Shown here one piece after another: positions 49,659 through 60,700 of a stretch of DNA of 64,000 nucleotides. A program made the position numbers and the translations under genes. A model generated the notes under the pieces. That model saw only the letters and a program-made list of their open reading frames with translations. It made no database searches and was not told where the DNA came from. The stretch comes from Mesotaenium endlicherianum (Eukaryota): NCBI GenBank assembly GCA_009602735.1, contig WELA01002708.1, forward strand, positions 62,001 to 126,000. The letters are read 5' to 3'. How positions within the stretch are numbered: position 1 is the first letter of the stretch; every line of letters starts with the position of its first letter.

Positions 49659-50105
49659 ATGTCTACCCAGGATTTCACCACTACCCTGGTGGTTGATCAG
49701 ACTCCCCGGGAAGTATTCAATGCCATCAATAATGTTCGTGGATGGTGGTCCGGACAAATTGAAGGCCCTACACATGAACTTAATGATGAATTCAGTTATC
49801 GATACAAAGACTTTCATTACAGCAAGCACAAGCTGATCGAAGTTGTTCCCGATAAAAAAATCGTTTGGTTGATTACGGACAGCAACCTGAATTCTTTTAC
49901 AGATAAAAACGAGTGGAACGGCACAAAGATCAGCTTCGAGATCACAGAAAAAGATGGCAAAACGTATGTCCGGTTTACTCACTGGGGCTTAGTTCCGCAG
50001 ATTGAATGTTTCGGTGCTTGTTCTAATGCATGGACTGGTTATATTACTCAAAGTTTACGCGATCTGATCGTTACAGGTAGAGGATGGCCTGCACAGCATG
50101 CATGA
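49659..50105 (+). CDS. SRPBCC domain protein
   Basis: VFNAINNVRGWWS, EWNGTKISFE and FTHWGL...C..AW. Confidence 0.85.
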   Translation: MSTQDFTTTLVVDQTPREVFNAINNVRGWWSGQIEGPTHELNDEFSYRYKDFHYSKHKLIEVVPDKKIVWLITDSNLNSFTDKNEWNGTKISFEITEKDGKTYVRFTHWGLVPQIECFGACSNAWTGYITQSLRDLIVTGRGWPAQHA

Positions 50106-50850
50106 TCAAATTCATTTTTAATGCTTCTCTACACATGAATGCACAACCATCACCAGCAGGTTATTGCCATAGAGTTACAGGCACATGGCCACACACCAGA
50201 TATTGACCGTTCCCTGAGTTTTGAACAGGACGCGGATGATGAGGCAGCGTGCGCGACAATTCCAATGCGTGTTCGGGTAACACCACATCCTTATCACCAT
50301 TGATGACCAATGCGGGCGCTGTTATGGATTTAATATCGGCATCACTGATGTCTTTGAATGCCATCATCCGGGCAACATCGCGGTTGAACATGGCTTGCAG
50401 CCCTTTGGTGTTACCGGGATTGGCTTTCAAGTAAGCATCCTGCAAAGGCTGCGGCATGTTGGCAAGTGTTGCATTGGGGAAACCTTCAAAAAAACCGGGC
50501 GGCATACCGCTTCGTTTGTATGTTGTAGAAGCCAGTACCAGCTTATGCACCAACGCCGGATGACGGATGGCAATCTGCAGACAGGTGGTTCCGCCGTTGC
50601 TGAAACCCATGAAATCCGCTTTCTCAACATGCAATTGATGCAGCAATGCTGCCACATCATCCGCGTCCTGTTCAAAACTCAAGGGACGGTCAATATCTGG
50701 TGTATGGCCATGTGCCTGTAACTCTATGGCAATAACCTGCTGGTGATGGTTGTGCATTCATGTGTAGAGAAGCATTAAAAATGAATTTGATCATGCATGC
50801 TGTGCAGGCCATCCTTTACCTGTAACGATCAGATCGCGTAAACTTTGAGT
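50046..50850. repeat. 203-bp inverted duplication (50046-50248 and 50648-50850) around a 399-bp spacer
   Basis: The arms are reverse complements with about 5 mismatches by manual alignment. Confidence 0.92.
50240..50757 (-). pseudogene. Alpha/beta hydrolase fragment truncated at both ends
   Basis: VIAIELQAHGHT, nucleophile GFSNGG and INGDKD are present. The N-terminal oxyanion region and the catalytic His region are missing. Confidence 0.8.
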
Positions 50851-51395
50851 GCAACCAGTACCATGGCCGATTACAACAAATCCAGGATCACTACCGATTT
50901 CAACCAGGTAAGGATGTTCACCAATACACCCTGGGGCTCCAGCTTCTGCGCATTCGTGCTGGATGCAGCAGCCACTTTTGGTAAAGGCGGAACGGTTTCG
51001 TTTTCATATACCCGCGGAAAAGCTACCGGTACAGCAATGAAGACCTGAAACATAAATTGGTGTTGGTAGCGCTTACACCACTTATTATGGATTTACAGTA
51101 AGTTCTTCCATGACTTATTACCAGGGCGATCGTTTCTCTGCCCTGGTTAATACCGATGTGAACGGAGGTGGCAATACGAATGCCCTGGCGTTTTATGTGG
51201 AATATGAGCATCGCTAAAAGTATCAGCATCGATAAAAAGCAAAAGCTTAATTTCAGGGCAGATATCTTTAACGTGCTCAACCTGTTGAATCACGAATGGA
51301 GTGGATACAGATCGGTGATCAATACCAATGCCGGTACCCTTTTCAAAAATACCGTTCCTTATACCATTCAATTGGGTGTGCGCTACAATTTCTAA
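50851..51395 (+). pseudogene. Fragmented 3' remnant of a TonB-dependent (Oar-like) receptor
   Basis: Short pieces in different frames (SFSYTRGKA; GDRFSALVNTDVNG; FRADIFNVLNLLN..W; IQLGVRYNF*), ending in a terminal Phe. Confidence 0.65.
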
Positions 51396-51399
51396 GGTT

Positions 51400-52185
51400 A
51401 TGTTGAAACAACTGATCGTTATCTTCTTATTATGCAGCAGTGCTGGGTTGGCAACAGCCCAGCCTGCTGTTTATACTACGGCCAATGCGCATTCGCACAA
51501 CGATTATGAGCAACACCATCCTTTCTGGGAAGCTTACCAGCATGGGTTTGGCAGCATTGAAGCAGATATTTTTCTGTTGGATGGCGAGCCGGAGTTAGTG
51601 GTGGCACACAGCATAGAAGAGATCACCATCAAAAAAAGAAGACTGGATTCTCTTTACCTGCTCCCTCTCGTACAGTGCATCCGCAAACACAGCGGCTATC
51701 CCTTTGCCGATACAACCAGGAAACTGCAATTGCTCATTGATATCAAAACCACGGCAGCCCCTGCTTTGCAAAAGCTGGTTGAAACATTGGAGCGGTACCC
51801 CGAGTTAACGCATAACCCCTTGGTATGTTTTTCTATCTCTGGTAACCGGCCTGCATCGGATTCTTTCCGGTTGTATCCTTCCTATATTGTATTCGATGCC
51901 GAGTTGAAAAAAGATTACGATGGACAGGCATTGCAGAAAGTGAACCTGATGAGCGCCGATCTGAAAAACTATACTGCCTGGAAAGGCATAGGGCCGCTGC
52001 CTGCACAAGACAGTATCGTATTGAGCACCGTTATCCACAAAGCACACGCATTGAATAAGCCGGTACGTTTCTGGGGAGCGCCCGATACATTGAATGCCTG
52101 GAAAATATTGATGCGTATGGGGGTTGACTACATCAATACCGATCATATTGCGGCATTGTCGGAAGCGCTGAAAAAGCGGTTATGA
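51400..52185 (+). CDS. Exported PLC-like/GDPD phosphodiesterase-fold protein
   Basis: Signal peptide, NAHSHNDYE, SIEADI, LLIDIK, RFWGAPD and GVDYINTD. Confidence 0.82.
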   Translation: MLKQLIVIFLLCSSAGLATAQPAVYTTANAHSHNDYEQHHPFWEAYQHGFGSIEADIFLLDGEPELVVAHSIEEITIKKRRLDSLYLLPLVQCIRKHSGYPFADTTRKLQLLIDIKTTAAPALQKLVETLERYPELTHNPLVCFSISGNRPASDSFRLYPSYIVFDAELKKDYDGQALQKVNLMSADLKNYTAWKGIGPLPAQDSIVLSTVIHKAHALNKPVRFWGAPDTLNAWKILMRMGVDYINTDHIAALSEALKKRL

Positions 52186-54294
52186 TTTTTTTTCTTCGTC
52201 GGGCAATTTCTCTACCGATACCAGGTCTGACAAGTCTACGTTCATAGGTAATACGCCAATCTGAACAATGGCGCGCTTACCACGTATTTCCTTGACTTCA
52301 CCCACCTGGTAGTTTTTCTTCAGTTTTACGAGGGAGCCAACGGAAATATGCTGCGTGAGTTCTTTGTATTTCTGGTCTACTTTTTTCGCCAGCTTATTCA
52401 CCACAATTTCTTCTTTTCGTTTGAACAACAGGTTTTGGAGGTTCTTGATCACCTCGTTCTTGTTCTCCGATTTTTTCCAGTCGAGTACAATTTGTTTGAG
52501 CTTTCGCTCCATGTCTTTCAGGTAGGCCAGTCGTTCTTCGGTGATGCGGTTCTGGTTCTTCAATAATTCTACCTGCTGCCGGTGGCGTTCTTTATCCATC
52601 ACCAGTTCCATTTCTTTTTTCAGGCGCTCATTTTCTTTCAGCAGCTTCTGCAGTTGTTTTTTCTCTTTGTCTAATTCCTGCAAATCCTGCTCTGTCCTGT
52701 TGAGCAACCTGTCCAGCTTGAAATGATCTTCTTCTACCAGTTTCCTGGCTTTGCTAATGAGGTGCTGCGGCAATCCGATGCGTTCTGCAATGGCAAAAGT
52801 ATAAGAGCTGCCCGGCTTGCCCACCACCAGTTTATACAAGGGCTGGAGATTTACTTCATCGAATTGCATGGCGCCGTTGATGATGCCCTGGGTATGGTTG
52901 GCCATCACTTTCAGGTTCAGGTAATGGGTAGTTACAATACCGAATGCGTGCCTGCGTGATAATTCTTCCATGATCACTTCTGCAAAAGCGCCCCCGAGAT
53001 TGGGATCACTGCCACTGCCCAACTCGTCGATGAAGAAAAGTGTTTTGCCGTTGGCTGTTTCAATGAAATATTTCATGTGCAGCAGGTGGCTGGAATAGGT
53101 ACTCAGCTCGAATTCCAGGTTCTGCGTATCACCAATATGGATGAACAGTTGTTTGAAAATACCCATCTCCGAAGTAGGATGCACCGGCACCAGCAGGCCG
53201 CTCTGCAGCATCAATTGGTTCAGGCCCAGGGTTTTCATGGCAACGGTTTTACCGCCGGCATTGGGACCACTGATGACCAGTATCCGGTTGCGCTCATCGA
53301 GGGTGAGAGTGAGCGGGATGGTAGATTTTTTCGATGATTTGTTGTACAGCAACAACAGCGGATGATAGGCGTTGATCAGGTGTACCTGCGCTTTATCGGA
53401 CAGGTTGGGAAGTTCACCGTTCATATCCAGCGCCAGTTTGGCTTTGGCGCGAATGAAGTCGAATTCACCCGCAATGAACAGGTACTGCTGTAACAATGGT
53501 GCATGAACGGATAAAGCAGCCGTCAGTGCACGTAATATTCTCTGGATCTCTCGGCCTTCTTCGTGTTCCAGCGCAAAGACCTCGTTATTCAGTTCAATGG
53601 TTTCTTCGGGTTCAATGAATGCCGTTTTCCGGCTGTCGCTTTCGCCATGAAGAATACCTTTTACCTGACGCTTGTGTTCAGAAAAAACAGCTACCACCCT
53701 CCTGCCGTTGCTGAAGCTTTCATCGATATCGGCCGTATAGCCTGCTTTAGCCAGTTTGCCGATCACTTTTTCGAATACCCGGCGCAGTTCATTGCGTTTG
53801 CGGTAAAGGCTCATACGGATATGTTGCAATTCCGGGGAGGCGGTGTCCAGTACATTGCCATTTTCATCCAGCACTTCGTCGATCTTCTCCACGATCTGTT
53901 TTTCGTAGTGGGTACCGGCAATGACAGCTGCCATAGAGGGGAAAGCCAGCCTTCGCTCCGAATCAAACCAACGAAAGATAGAGGCGGTGTTCTCACAGAG
54001 TTTGCGGATATGCACCCATTGCTCGGCATTGAGCGTAGCGCCCGGAATGCCCAATAACTTGAGATCCTTGGCAATAGGCAATGTAAAATCATTGGGGAAA
54101 TACTGGCTTTGAAGGAAAAGCTGTTTGTATTCAAAGCTTTGTCTCAGCTCCAGCTCAATATATTCTTTACGTGTATGTATGCGAAGATGGGAAGCTTTTT
54201 GCTGTGCATATACTGTTTTACAATGAGCTTCCAGCAAAGACCTGACTTTATCAAATTCCAGCTGAACCAGCGCAGAATCGGGATACAAACGCAT
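52180..54294 (-). CDS. mutS2: MutS2-like ATPase without a C-terminal Smr domain
   Basis: LEFDKV, ISGPNAGGKT, LSTYSSHL, DELGSGSDP and TTHY, then a coiled coil and KOW-like end. Confidence 0.85.
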   Translation of the reverse strand: MRLYPDSALVQLEFDKVRSLLEAHCKTVYAQQKASHLRIHTRKEYIELELRQSFEYKQLFLQSQYFPNDFTLPIAKDLKLLGIPGATLNAEQWVHIRKLCENTASIFRWFDSERRLAFPSMAAVIAGTHYEKQIVEKIDEVLDENGNVLDTASPELQHIRMSLYRKRNELRRVFEKVIGKLAKAGYTADIDESFSNGRRVVAVFSEHKRQVKGILHGESDSRKTAFIEPEETIELNNEVFALEHEEGREIQRILRALTAALSVHAPLLQQYLFIAGEFDFIRAKAKLALDMNGELPNLSDKAQVHLINAYHPLLLLYNKSSKKSTIPLTLTLDERNRILVISGPNAGGKTVAMKTLGLNQLMLQSGLLVPVHPTSEMGIFKQLFIHIGDTQNLEFELSTYSSHLLHMKYFIETANGKTLFFIDELGSGSDPNLGGAFAEVIMEELSRRHAFGIVTTHYLNLKVMANHTQGIINGAMQFDEVNLQPLYKLVVGKPGSSYTFAIAERIGLPQHLISKARKLVEEDHFKLDRLLNRTEQDLQELDKEKKQLQKLLKENERLKKEMELVMDKERHRQQVELLKNQNRITEERLAYLKDMERKLKQIVLDWKKSENKNEVIKNLQNLLFKRKEEIVVNKLAKKVDQKYKELTQHISVGSLVKLKKNYQVGEVKEIRGKRAIVQIGVLPMNVDLSDLVSVEKLPDEEKKS

Positions 54295-54381
54295 GTAAGG
54301 TAACTTGTTTTACAAGGGCAAAGGTAATGGGAAGTCGAAGGTTTAAATCCGTAATTTTAACTATCCATAAAAAAACAGGAC

Positions 54382-55029
54382 ATGAGAGCATTATTCTTTT
54401 TTAGTACATTTTTAATGATTACACTTTCATCCTGTGCGCAACAACAGCAAAAACTGACAGATATGAATAACGACCCCATTCCTACAGGATTGAATACAGA
54501 TACAGCCACTTTCGGTGAGGGGTGTTTCTGGTGTACAGAAGCCTTTTTTCAAAGGCTGAATGGTGTATTAAAAGTTGTAAGCGGATACGGAGGCGGGCAC
54601 GTGGAAAATCCCAGCTATGAGCAAGTTTGCGATAAAACCACCGGCCATGCAGAACTAGCCAGGATCATTTATGATCCTTCTAAGATAACTTATGATGAAT
54701 TACTGGAGGTATTCTGGAAAACACACGATCCCACTACGCTCAACCAGCAGGGGAATGATGTAGGCCCTCAATACCGAAGCGTGATCTTTTACCACAATGA
54801 TGAGCAGAAACAAAAAGCAGAACATTACAAAGCATTGCTCGACAAAAGCGGGGCCTGGACAAAGCCCATTATTACAGCCATTGAGCCGTTTAAAAATTTC
54901 TACCCCGCCGAAAATTATCATCAGGACTATTACAACAACAACCAGGAACAAGGCTATTGCCGGTTCGTGATCAGACCCAAACTGGAGAAATTTGAAAAGG
55001 TTTTCAAAAACAAATTGAAACATCCCTGA
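54382..55029 (+). CDS. msrA: Peptide-methionine (S)-S-oxide reductase with lipoprotein signal
   Basis: GCFWC, GHAE, HDPTTLNQQGND, QYRS and AENYHQDY; lipobox LSSC. Confidence 0.95.
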   Translation: MRALFFFSTFLMITLSSCAQQQQKLTDMNNDPIPTGLNTDTATFGEGCFWCTEAFFQRLNGVLKVVSGYGGGHVENPSYEQVCDKTTGHAELARIIYDPSKITYDELLEVFWKTHDPTTLNQQGNDVGPQYRSVIFYHNDEQKQKAEHYKALLDKSGAWTKPIITAIEPFKNFYPAENYHQDYYNNNQEQGYCRFVIRPKLEKFEKVFKNKLKHP

Positions 55030-55049
55030 TTACCCGATATAAACGCAAC

Positions 55050-55084
55050 AAAAGGGGCTGCTTCTTTCGAGGCAGCCCCTTTTT
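55050..55084. terminator. Bidirectional terminator between msrA and the Sus operon
   Basis: AAAAGGGGCTGC/GCAGCCCCTTTT stem. Confidence 0.85.
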
Positions 55085-55111
55085 CAATAACCATTATGCA
55101 GGGAAAGTCTT

Positions 55112-56023
55112 CTACTTTTTCTGAAGAATCAATACTTGGCCGGGATAAGAGTTCACTCCATAATAATGGGTTAAGGTAAGTTTAATGGTTCCTTTACAAG
55201 AGTTTACACTACCTGTTCCCGCATGCGATACATCTGTAACAGGAGGATAGTCTCCATAAATTTGTTTAGGCACTGTAACAGAATTGTCTGACGGACTCAC
55301 ATACAAGGTAACCGGGTGCCGGTTGGCACCGCCGTTTACAGGATCCATATTCGGATAACAAAGCAAGGTAATGCTATAAGTGCCATCTGCATTAGCAGTA
55401 GCGGAAGACGTACTGGTAATGGGGGAAGCATTAGCTGTTGGATAATCAGCCCAGTCATCCTGAACAACCGTATAAGTGGCGTTATTAAAAACTGATGGAT
55501 CGTAATTACAGAATATCACTGCATTCCATCGAAAACTGGCATTATAAGGAGCCTGGCTTTCAAAATCTGCCGAATTGGTATTGTCCAGTGAATACAAATT
55601 ACCATTGCTTGCAACAAACTCATTATAAAAAGTAAACTGCTGGCCAATCTGGAAAGTGCCGGTACTTGTGCCCATGGCTTTGGCTACTTCCGCACCAGTC
55701 ACACTTAAAGTGCCACTATCTGTCATCGGTACGTTTTTGATGAGCTTCCAGGTTGATTTGCTGCCGCTGTTTCCTACATATATGTTTACGCTTGACATAG
55801 CCAACCCACCGGGGTACCTTTTCACTTTAATGGAAACGGTAGAAGCTGCCAGGTTATTAGGATCGAATTTAAGTGGTGTGGTAGGTACCTTCTGATTCCA
55901 TTGCAGGAATCCGCCATTTGCTACGCCGAACCGCAAGTTAACAGAAGCATCATCTTTCTTGCTACAGGAAAACACGAGCAAAACAGCTGAAATACATATA
56001 AATGGTATGATTAGTTTTTTCAT
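55112..56023 (-). CDS. Surface lipoprotein downstream of susD (SusE-position)
   Basis: Lipobox VFSC followed by SKKDD; beta-rich composition. Confidence 0.78.
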   Translation of the reverse strand: MKKLIIPFICISAVLLVFSCSKKDDASVNLRFGVANGGFLQWNQKVPTTPLKFDPNNLAASTVSIKVKRYPGGLAMSSVNIYVGNSGSKSTWKLIKNVPMTDSGTLSVTGAEVAKAMGTSTGTFQIGQQFTFYNEFVASNGNLYSLDNTNSADFESQAPYNASFRWNAVIFCNYDPSVFNNATYTVVQDDWADYPTANASPITSTSSATANADGTYSITLLCYPNMDPVNGGANRHPVTLYVSPSDNSVTVPKQIYGDYPPVTDVSHAGTGSVNSCKGTIKLTLTHYYGVNSYPGQVLILQKK

Positions 56024-56040
56024 GTTCGTGATTTTTTAGA

Positions 56041-57702
56041 TTAATAAACCCAGCCAGTTTTAGGATTAGTATCCCAGAATACCTGGGTGGTTAAATCAGT
56101 CTTCTGTTTTGCCGTATTGTTATAGTTCACATATACTGCCGGATAGAAAAAGGAACGGATAAACGAACCAGGATTGGGCTGCAACGCCGGTTGCATTTTG
56201 ATGGCTTGTGATCCAAGCCTCCTGTAAAGGTTATAAGATTCGATGCCATTGCCCCAAGCACTGATGTAAAATTCTTTGGCTACCACTGCCAGCTTATCAT
56301 TGAGGGTAGCAGCTCCATCGTATGCATTGCCCACAAAACTTGTATAGTTGTTGATGGTAGACTGAGAAGGTACAAAACTGGCTGTTGGTGTTACTCCTAC
56401 CGAGGAAGGGAATGCCATCACTTTTGAGATCGATTTGTTAATACCCGATAAAGTCAGCGCGCGCCCGTCACCGGAAGCATTCAACGTAAGTACTGCTTCT
56501 GCTTTAAGGAAGTCTGTGAAAGCTGAAATCCATATCGGCAGGATACCCTGTCCCAAGCCTCCGATACCTGGTTTCACAGCAACATTCTGGTTAGCATCGA
56601 ACTGGCCGCCGGCCGGGTACACCCCCCATGTAGTTTTGAGCTGGTTATCTGGCGGTGTACCTGAATTATCGCCATGGTCACGTCCAAAATAACCGTTCGA
56701 CACCATACAGAAAACGGTACCTGAAGGATAATTAGACGGATAAGCCTGGAAACGGCAGGGCTGGGTAAACTGCAAGGTAACCGGATCGGTAATGGCTGCT
56801 GTGATATCAGTGGTCTGGCGATAAAAATAGTAACGCGTACGGGGATCAATCAACCCTTTCTCTGTTACCATTGTCCACATGAAATAATTACCCAGATAAT
56901 CGCTCGAACCGGTAGGTGTGTAATTACCTGCATATTTAGGATGACGGCTATCCGGTGCCAGGGATTTAGAACCATACTGGTACTGAAAATCCTGCGACGT
57001 GCTATTCACCAGGTCATTCTCACTCAACAAGGCTGTAATGTTCGTAGTAGCAGTAGCTGCATCTGCCAAACGATAGTTCATGTAAGCCTTCAGCTTTAAT
57101 GTTTTTGCCAATGTGCTCCAATTGGCACGGTTACCTCCATAAAAGATATCGTTGGTTGGAGTGGGACCGTTACTACTCAGGTCAGTAATGGCGCTGTTTA
57201 AAAGTGCAACTGCACTATCGTATACAGCTTTGCCTTTATCCAGGGCGGGATTGGTATTGGCAATACCCTTGTTGGCCTGGCTGTAAGGCACATCTCCAAA
57301 ATAATCCACCAGGGTCATCAGCGTATATGCTTTCAACACCTTACCGATGCCAACATGTATGTTTTTTTTCTGGGAATAAGCAACCGGGATCATGGCATTC
57401 ACATTAGTAAACAGTGCAGCATATGCGGTTGTCCAGGTTCCATCTGTTGTCTGCGGCTGGTAAGCTGCATTGTAAGTGGGACCAAACATGGTCTCCATCC
57501 TGGTCAACTGTGCACCCAAATTTGACAACCCGGAATAAAAGTTGGCAAAATTCAGCTGTATGGAGTTCAGGTAAAGGTCTACATCCGCAGACGCAGTATT
57601 GGGTTGATTGGGGTTATTCAATAACCCGTTAAAATCGCTGTTCAGCTTATTGCAGGAAGCCAGCAATAAAACAACTGAACAATATATCATTAACTTTTTC
57701 AT
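56041..57702 (-). CDS. SusD/RagB family lipoprotein
   Basis: Lipobox LASC, NNPN, LVDYFGDVPYSQA, ESYNLYRR and VFWD. Confidence 0.93.
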   Translation of the reverse strand: MKKLMIYCSVVLLLASCNKLNSDFNGLLNNPNQPNTASADVDLYLNSIQLNFANFYSGLSNLGAQLTRMETMFGPTYNAAYQPQTTDGTWTTAYAALFTNVNAMIPVAYSQKKNIHVGIGKVLKAYTLMTLVDYFGDVPYSQANKGIANTNPALDKGKAVYDSAVALLNSAITDLSSNGPTPTNDIFYGGNRANWSTLAKTLKLKAYMNYRLADAATATTNITALLSENDLVNSTSQDFQYQYGSKSLAPDSRHPKYAGNYTPTGSSDYLGNYFMWTMVTEKGLIDPRTRYYFYRQTTDITAAITDPVTLQFTQPCRFQAYPSNYPSGTVFCMVSNGYFGRDHGDNSGTPPDNQLKTTWGVYPAGGQFDANQNVAVKPGIGGLGQGILPIWISAFTDFLKAEAVLTLNASGDGRALTLSGINKSISKVMAFPSSVGVTPTASFVPSQSTINNYTSFVGNAYDGAATLNDKLAVVAKEFYISAWGNGIESYNLYRRLGSQAIKMQPALQPNPGSFIRSFFYPAVYVNYNNTAKQKTDLTTQVFWDTNPKTGWVY

Positions 57703-57729
57703 TTTTTAATTCTATTTGGTTATTGAAGT

Positions 57730-60700
57730 TTAAAAAGTTACGCGAATGCTCGCACCAAAACGACGGGAAGATGGACCAGTCAATAACTCAAGACCACGGC
57801 CGGTACCTACACCCAAACTGGAAGTTTCAGGATCGAAACGAACATATTTAGGGAAGTTCGGAGCCAGGTAGAACAGGTTCTGGCCAGATGCTACGACGGA
57901 TACGCTTCCGAAAGGTGTTTTGGCCAGCCACTTGGAAGGCAATGAATAACTCAATGAAACTTCTCTCAGCCTGATCAGCGTTGCATCCCATACCTGGAAA
58001 TCGTTCGGACCAAAATAAGTATTGAAGTATGCACTGGTAGCGCCGGTTTGAATATCATTGGGTTTTCCGGTTGACTGGCGTATACCAGGCAAAGTGATCG
58101 GAATGGTCCTGTCGAAGTCCATATCCTTTGTCAAACCACGGGCCAGCAAAGATGCAGTGGTGAGTGATATCATTTTTCCGCCAACAGAGTAATCCATTTG
58201 CGCACGGAAAGTCAGTGACTTCCAGGTCAACTCGCTGATACCTGTCAGTTTGTATTGAGGCAGCGGGCTACCCAGGATGCCAATATTGGGGTCCTGGACA
58301 TAATAACCATTGTCATCAAGCAATTTCTGTCCGGTTTTAGGATCAACAGAGGTAACACTACCCTGCAGAATACCTAGTGGCTGCCCGTTGATGGCAAAGT
58401 TTCCTAAGTTGCTGTAGCCGGCAAAATTGATCTGCTTGATATAACTGGGCAGGTCATACACCAGACTTTTGTTGATGGTCCAGTTGGCATTCAACTGCCA
58501 GTTCCAGTCGCGCGCTTTGACCACGTTGTAGCCCAGTCCTAATTCGATACCTTCATTACGAACATCTCCCGCATTCACAGAGGTAACGGTATAACCGGTA
58601 GAGGGATCCAATGAACGGTCCAGTATCTGATTACTGGAAATCCTTTTATAGAAAGTAAGATCTACTGTCAGCCTGTGGTTGATGAAAGTGCCTTCCAGTC
58701 CAGCTTCATATTCCTTCAGGAGCTCGGGTTTTAAGTCTGGATTAGCAAGCCTGTTGGGAATCGCATTCTGGTTGATCACATTTCCGTTCCTGTCAACAAA
58801 AGCATTGGTCTGGATATTTAAAGCAGTCCTGGTTGTATAAGGATCTGGGAAACGGGCGCTGGTAGAATAACCTACACGAACTTTAAGAAAGTTCACCCAT
58901 TTGTTGTTTTTTAATCCGTTGATCGCTGCCGTGGGTATCATAGAAATGCTGGCACTTGGATAGAATATTTTACGATTGCTCTCTTCCAGTGTGGAAACCC
59001 AGCTCTCACGGCCACCTACGTTCAGATACAGGTAATTCCTGTAACCACCTGAGGCAGACAGAAACGCTCCAAAGCGTTTTTGTTGTGAATCAAAGTTCAG
59101 GTTACCTCCATCCTCACCTACCGCTTCATGGTTTACAAAGTTGCCATGGTTGAACAGGCCGAATACCAATTGCTGGGTACTCTTCATGCCATTTTGCGTA
59201 TAATTATCATTACGAAGGCTCAGACCACCATCCAAGGTCAGGTTCCAGTCCTCATTGAGGTCCTTCACATAGTTCACCAGGATATTATGATCTAAAATGG
59301 AGTTGGTAGAATTAAGGGTACGATACATACCAGTGGTATATTGCAATCCGCCGGTGGTGCCGCCTTTATTCACGGTGAGTTCATTCAGTGTATTGTACAC
59401 GTCGATACCCAGGCGATACAGTACACTCAGTCCTTTCATGATATCGTACTTCATTTGTATATTACCGAATGTGCGGTAGATTTTTTCCCGTATGAGGGAG
59501 TTTTCTACAGTCCAGCGCGGGTTTTGAATACCGTTGTTTGCACGATAGTAAACACTTGATCCGTCAATGGGGTTTTTATAAGGCCATCCCATCAGATCAA
59601 TACTACGGGGCGTATAGATAAGGTCTCCGTAAACAGAAGGATTATCAGCGCTACTACCAAAACTCGTACTGGTAGTGGGCGTAATATAATCAGTTGTAGC
59701 AAAGTTAATGGTGCCACTCAAAGTAAAGTTGTTGGAGAGTTTGGTTAATCCGCCGAAACCAAAGTTGTTTTTGATTACACTGTTACCTGGCAAAAAGCCC
59801 TGATCGCTGGTATAGGAATAGTTACCGCTGAAACGGGTAACAGCATTACCACCAGATACGTTGACTGCAGTATTGCTTACCCAACCGGTGCGGAAGAAAG
59901 CTGGTACACTGTTGTAAGCTTTATACGCGTATTTTTTTCCTTTGTATTCCGGGAAAGCTACATTCAGCGCGGAACGGCTGTATGGGTGATTGAAAGAATC
60001 AGGTGGGTTTTTAAAAGCAGCGCCCCAGTTACTGAAGGCAAGAGATGGCGCTAAGTTAAAACCACCACCATAAGTATCCTGATAATCGGGCAGGTTGGCT
60101 ACTTTATTGGCAAATAAGGATTGAGAAACTGTAATTTCAGTTTTCTTATTCTGCTTATTATTAGCAGAACCATTCTTGGTTGTAATCAGCACAACCCCAT
60201 TCCGGGCAAGGTCGCCATACTGAATGGCTGCGCTCAACCCCTTTAATACCGTAATGTTCTCAATATTATTCGGATCAATATCGAGGAAACGGCTGGAAGT
60301 TTGTCCACCGAAGGTGAAGCCCGAAGGCATATTGGTGCTACCGTCGAAAGGAACACCATCTACAATGAAAAGCGGGGGAACAGAACCACCTGTAATTGTA
60401 CTTACCCCCCGAATAACGATGTTTGTACCCGAACCTGAAATACCACTGGTTCCAAGGATATCAACACCCGGGGCCTTACCTGCCAGCACACGTCCTATAT
60501 CGCCTTCCGGTCTTAATTCAATATCCTTCTTTGCTACCGAAGTAACAGCATAGCCAAGCGCTTTTTTCTCGCGCTTGATACCAAGCGCGGTTACTACCAC
60601 CTCACTCAGGCTTTCATCTATATTCTTCAGGGAAATGGTCAGCGCTACACCGGAAGAGGTAGCAATCTCTTTTCTTTCATATCCGGTACCTGAAACAACT

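Noticed and set aside
50161..50757. 198-aa ORF as an intact hydrolase
   Set aside because: Its tail after LPH is read-through into the inverted arm, and both the N-terminus and the catalytic His region are missing.
52031..52039. TTATCCACA DnaA-box match
   Set aside because: It lies inside a coding region (VIHK codons) and is isolated, so probably chance.
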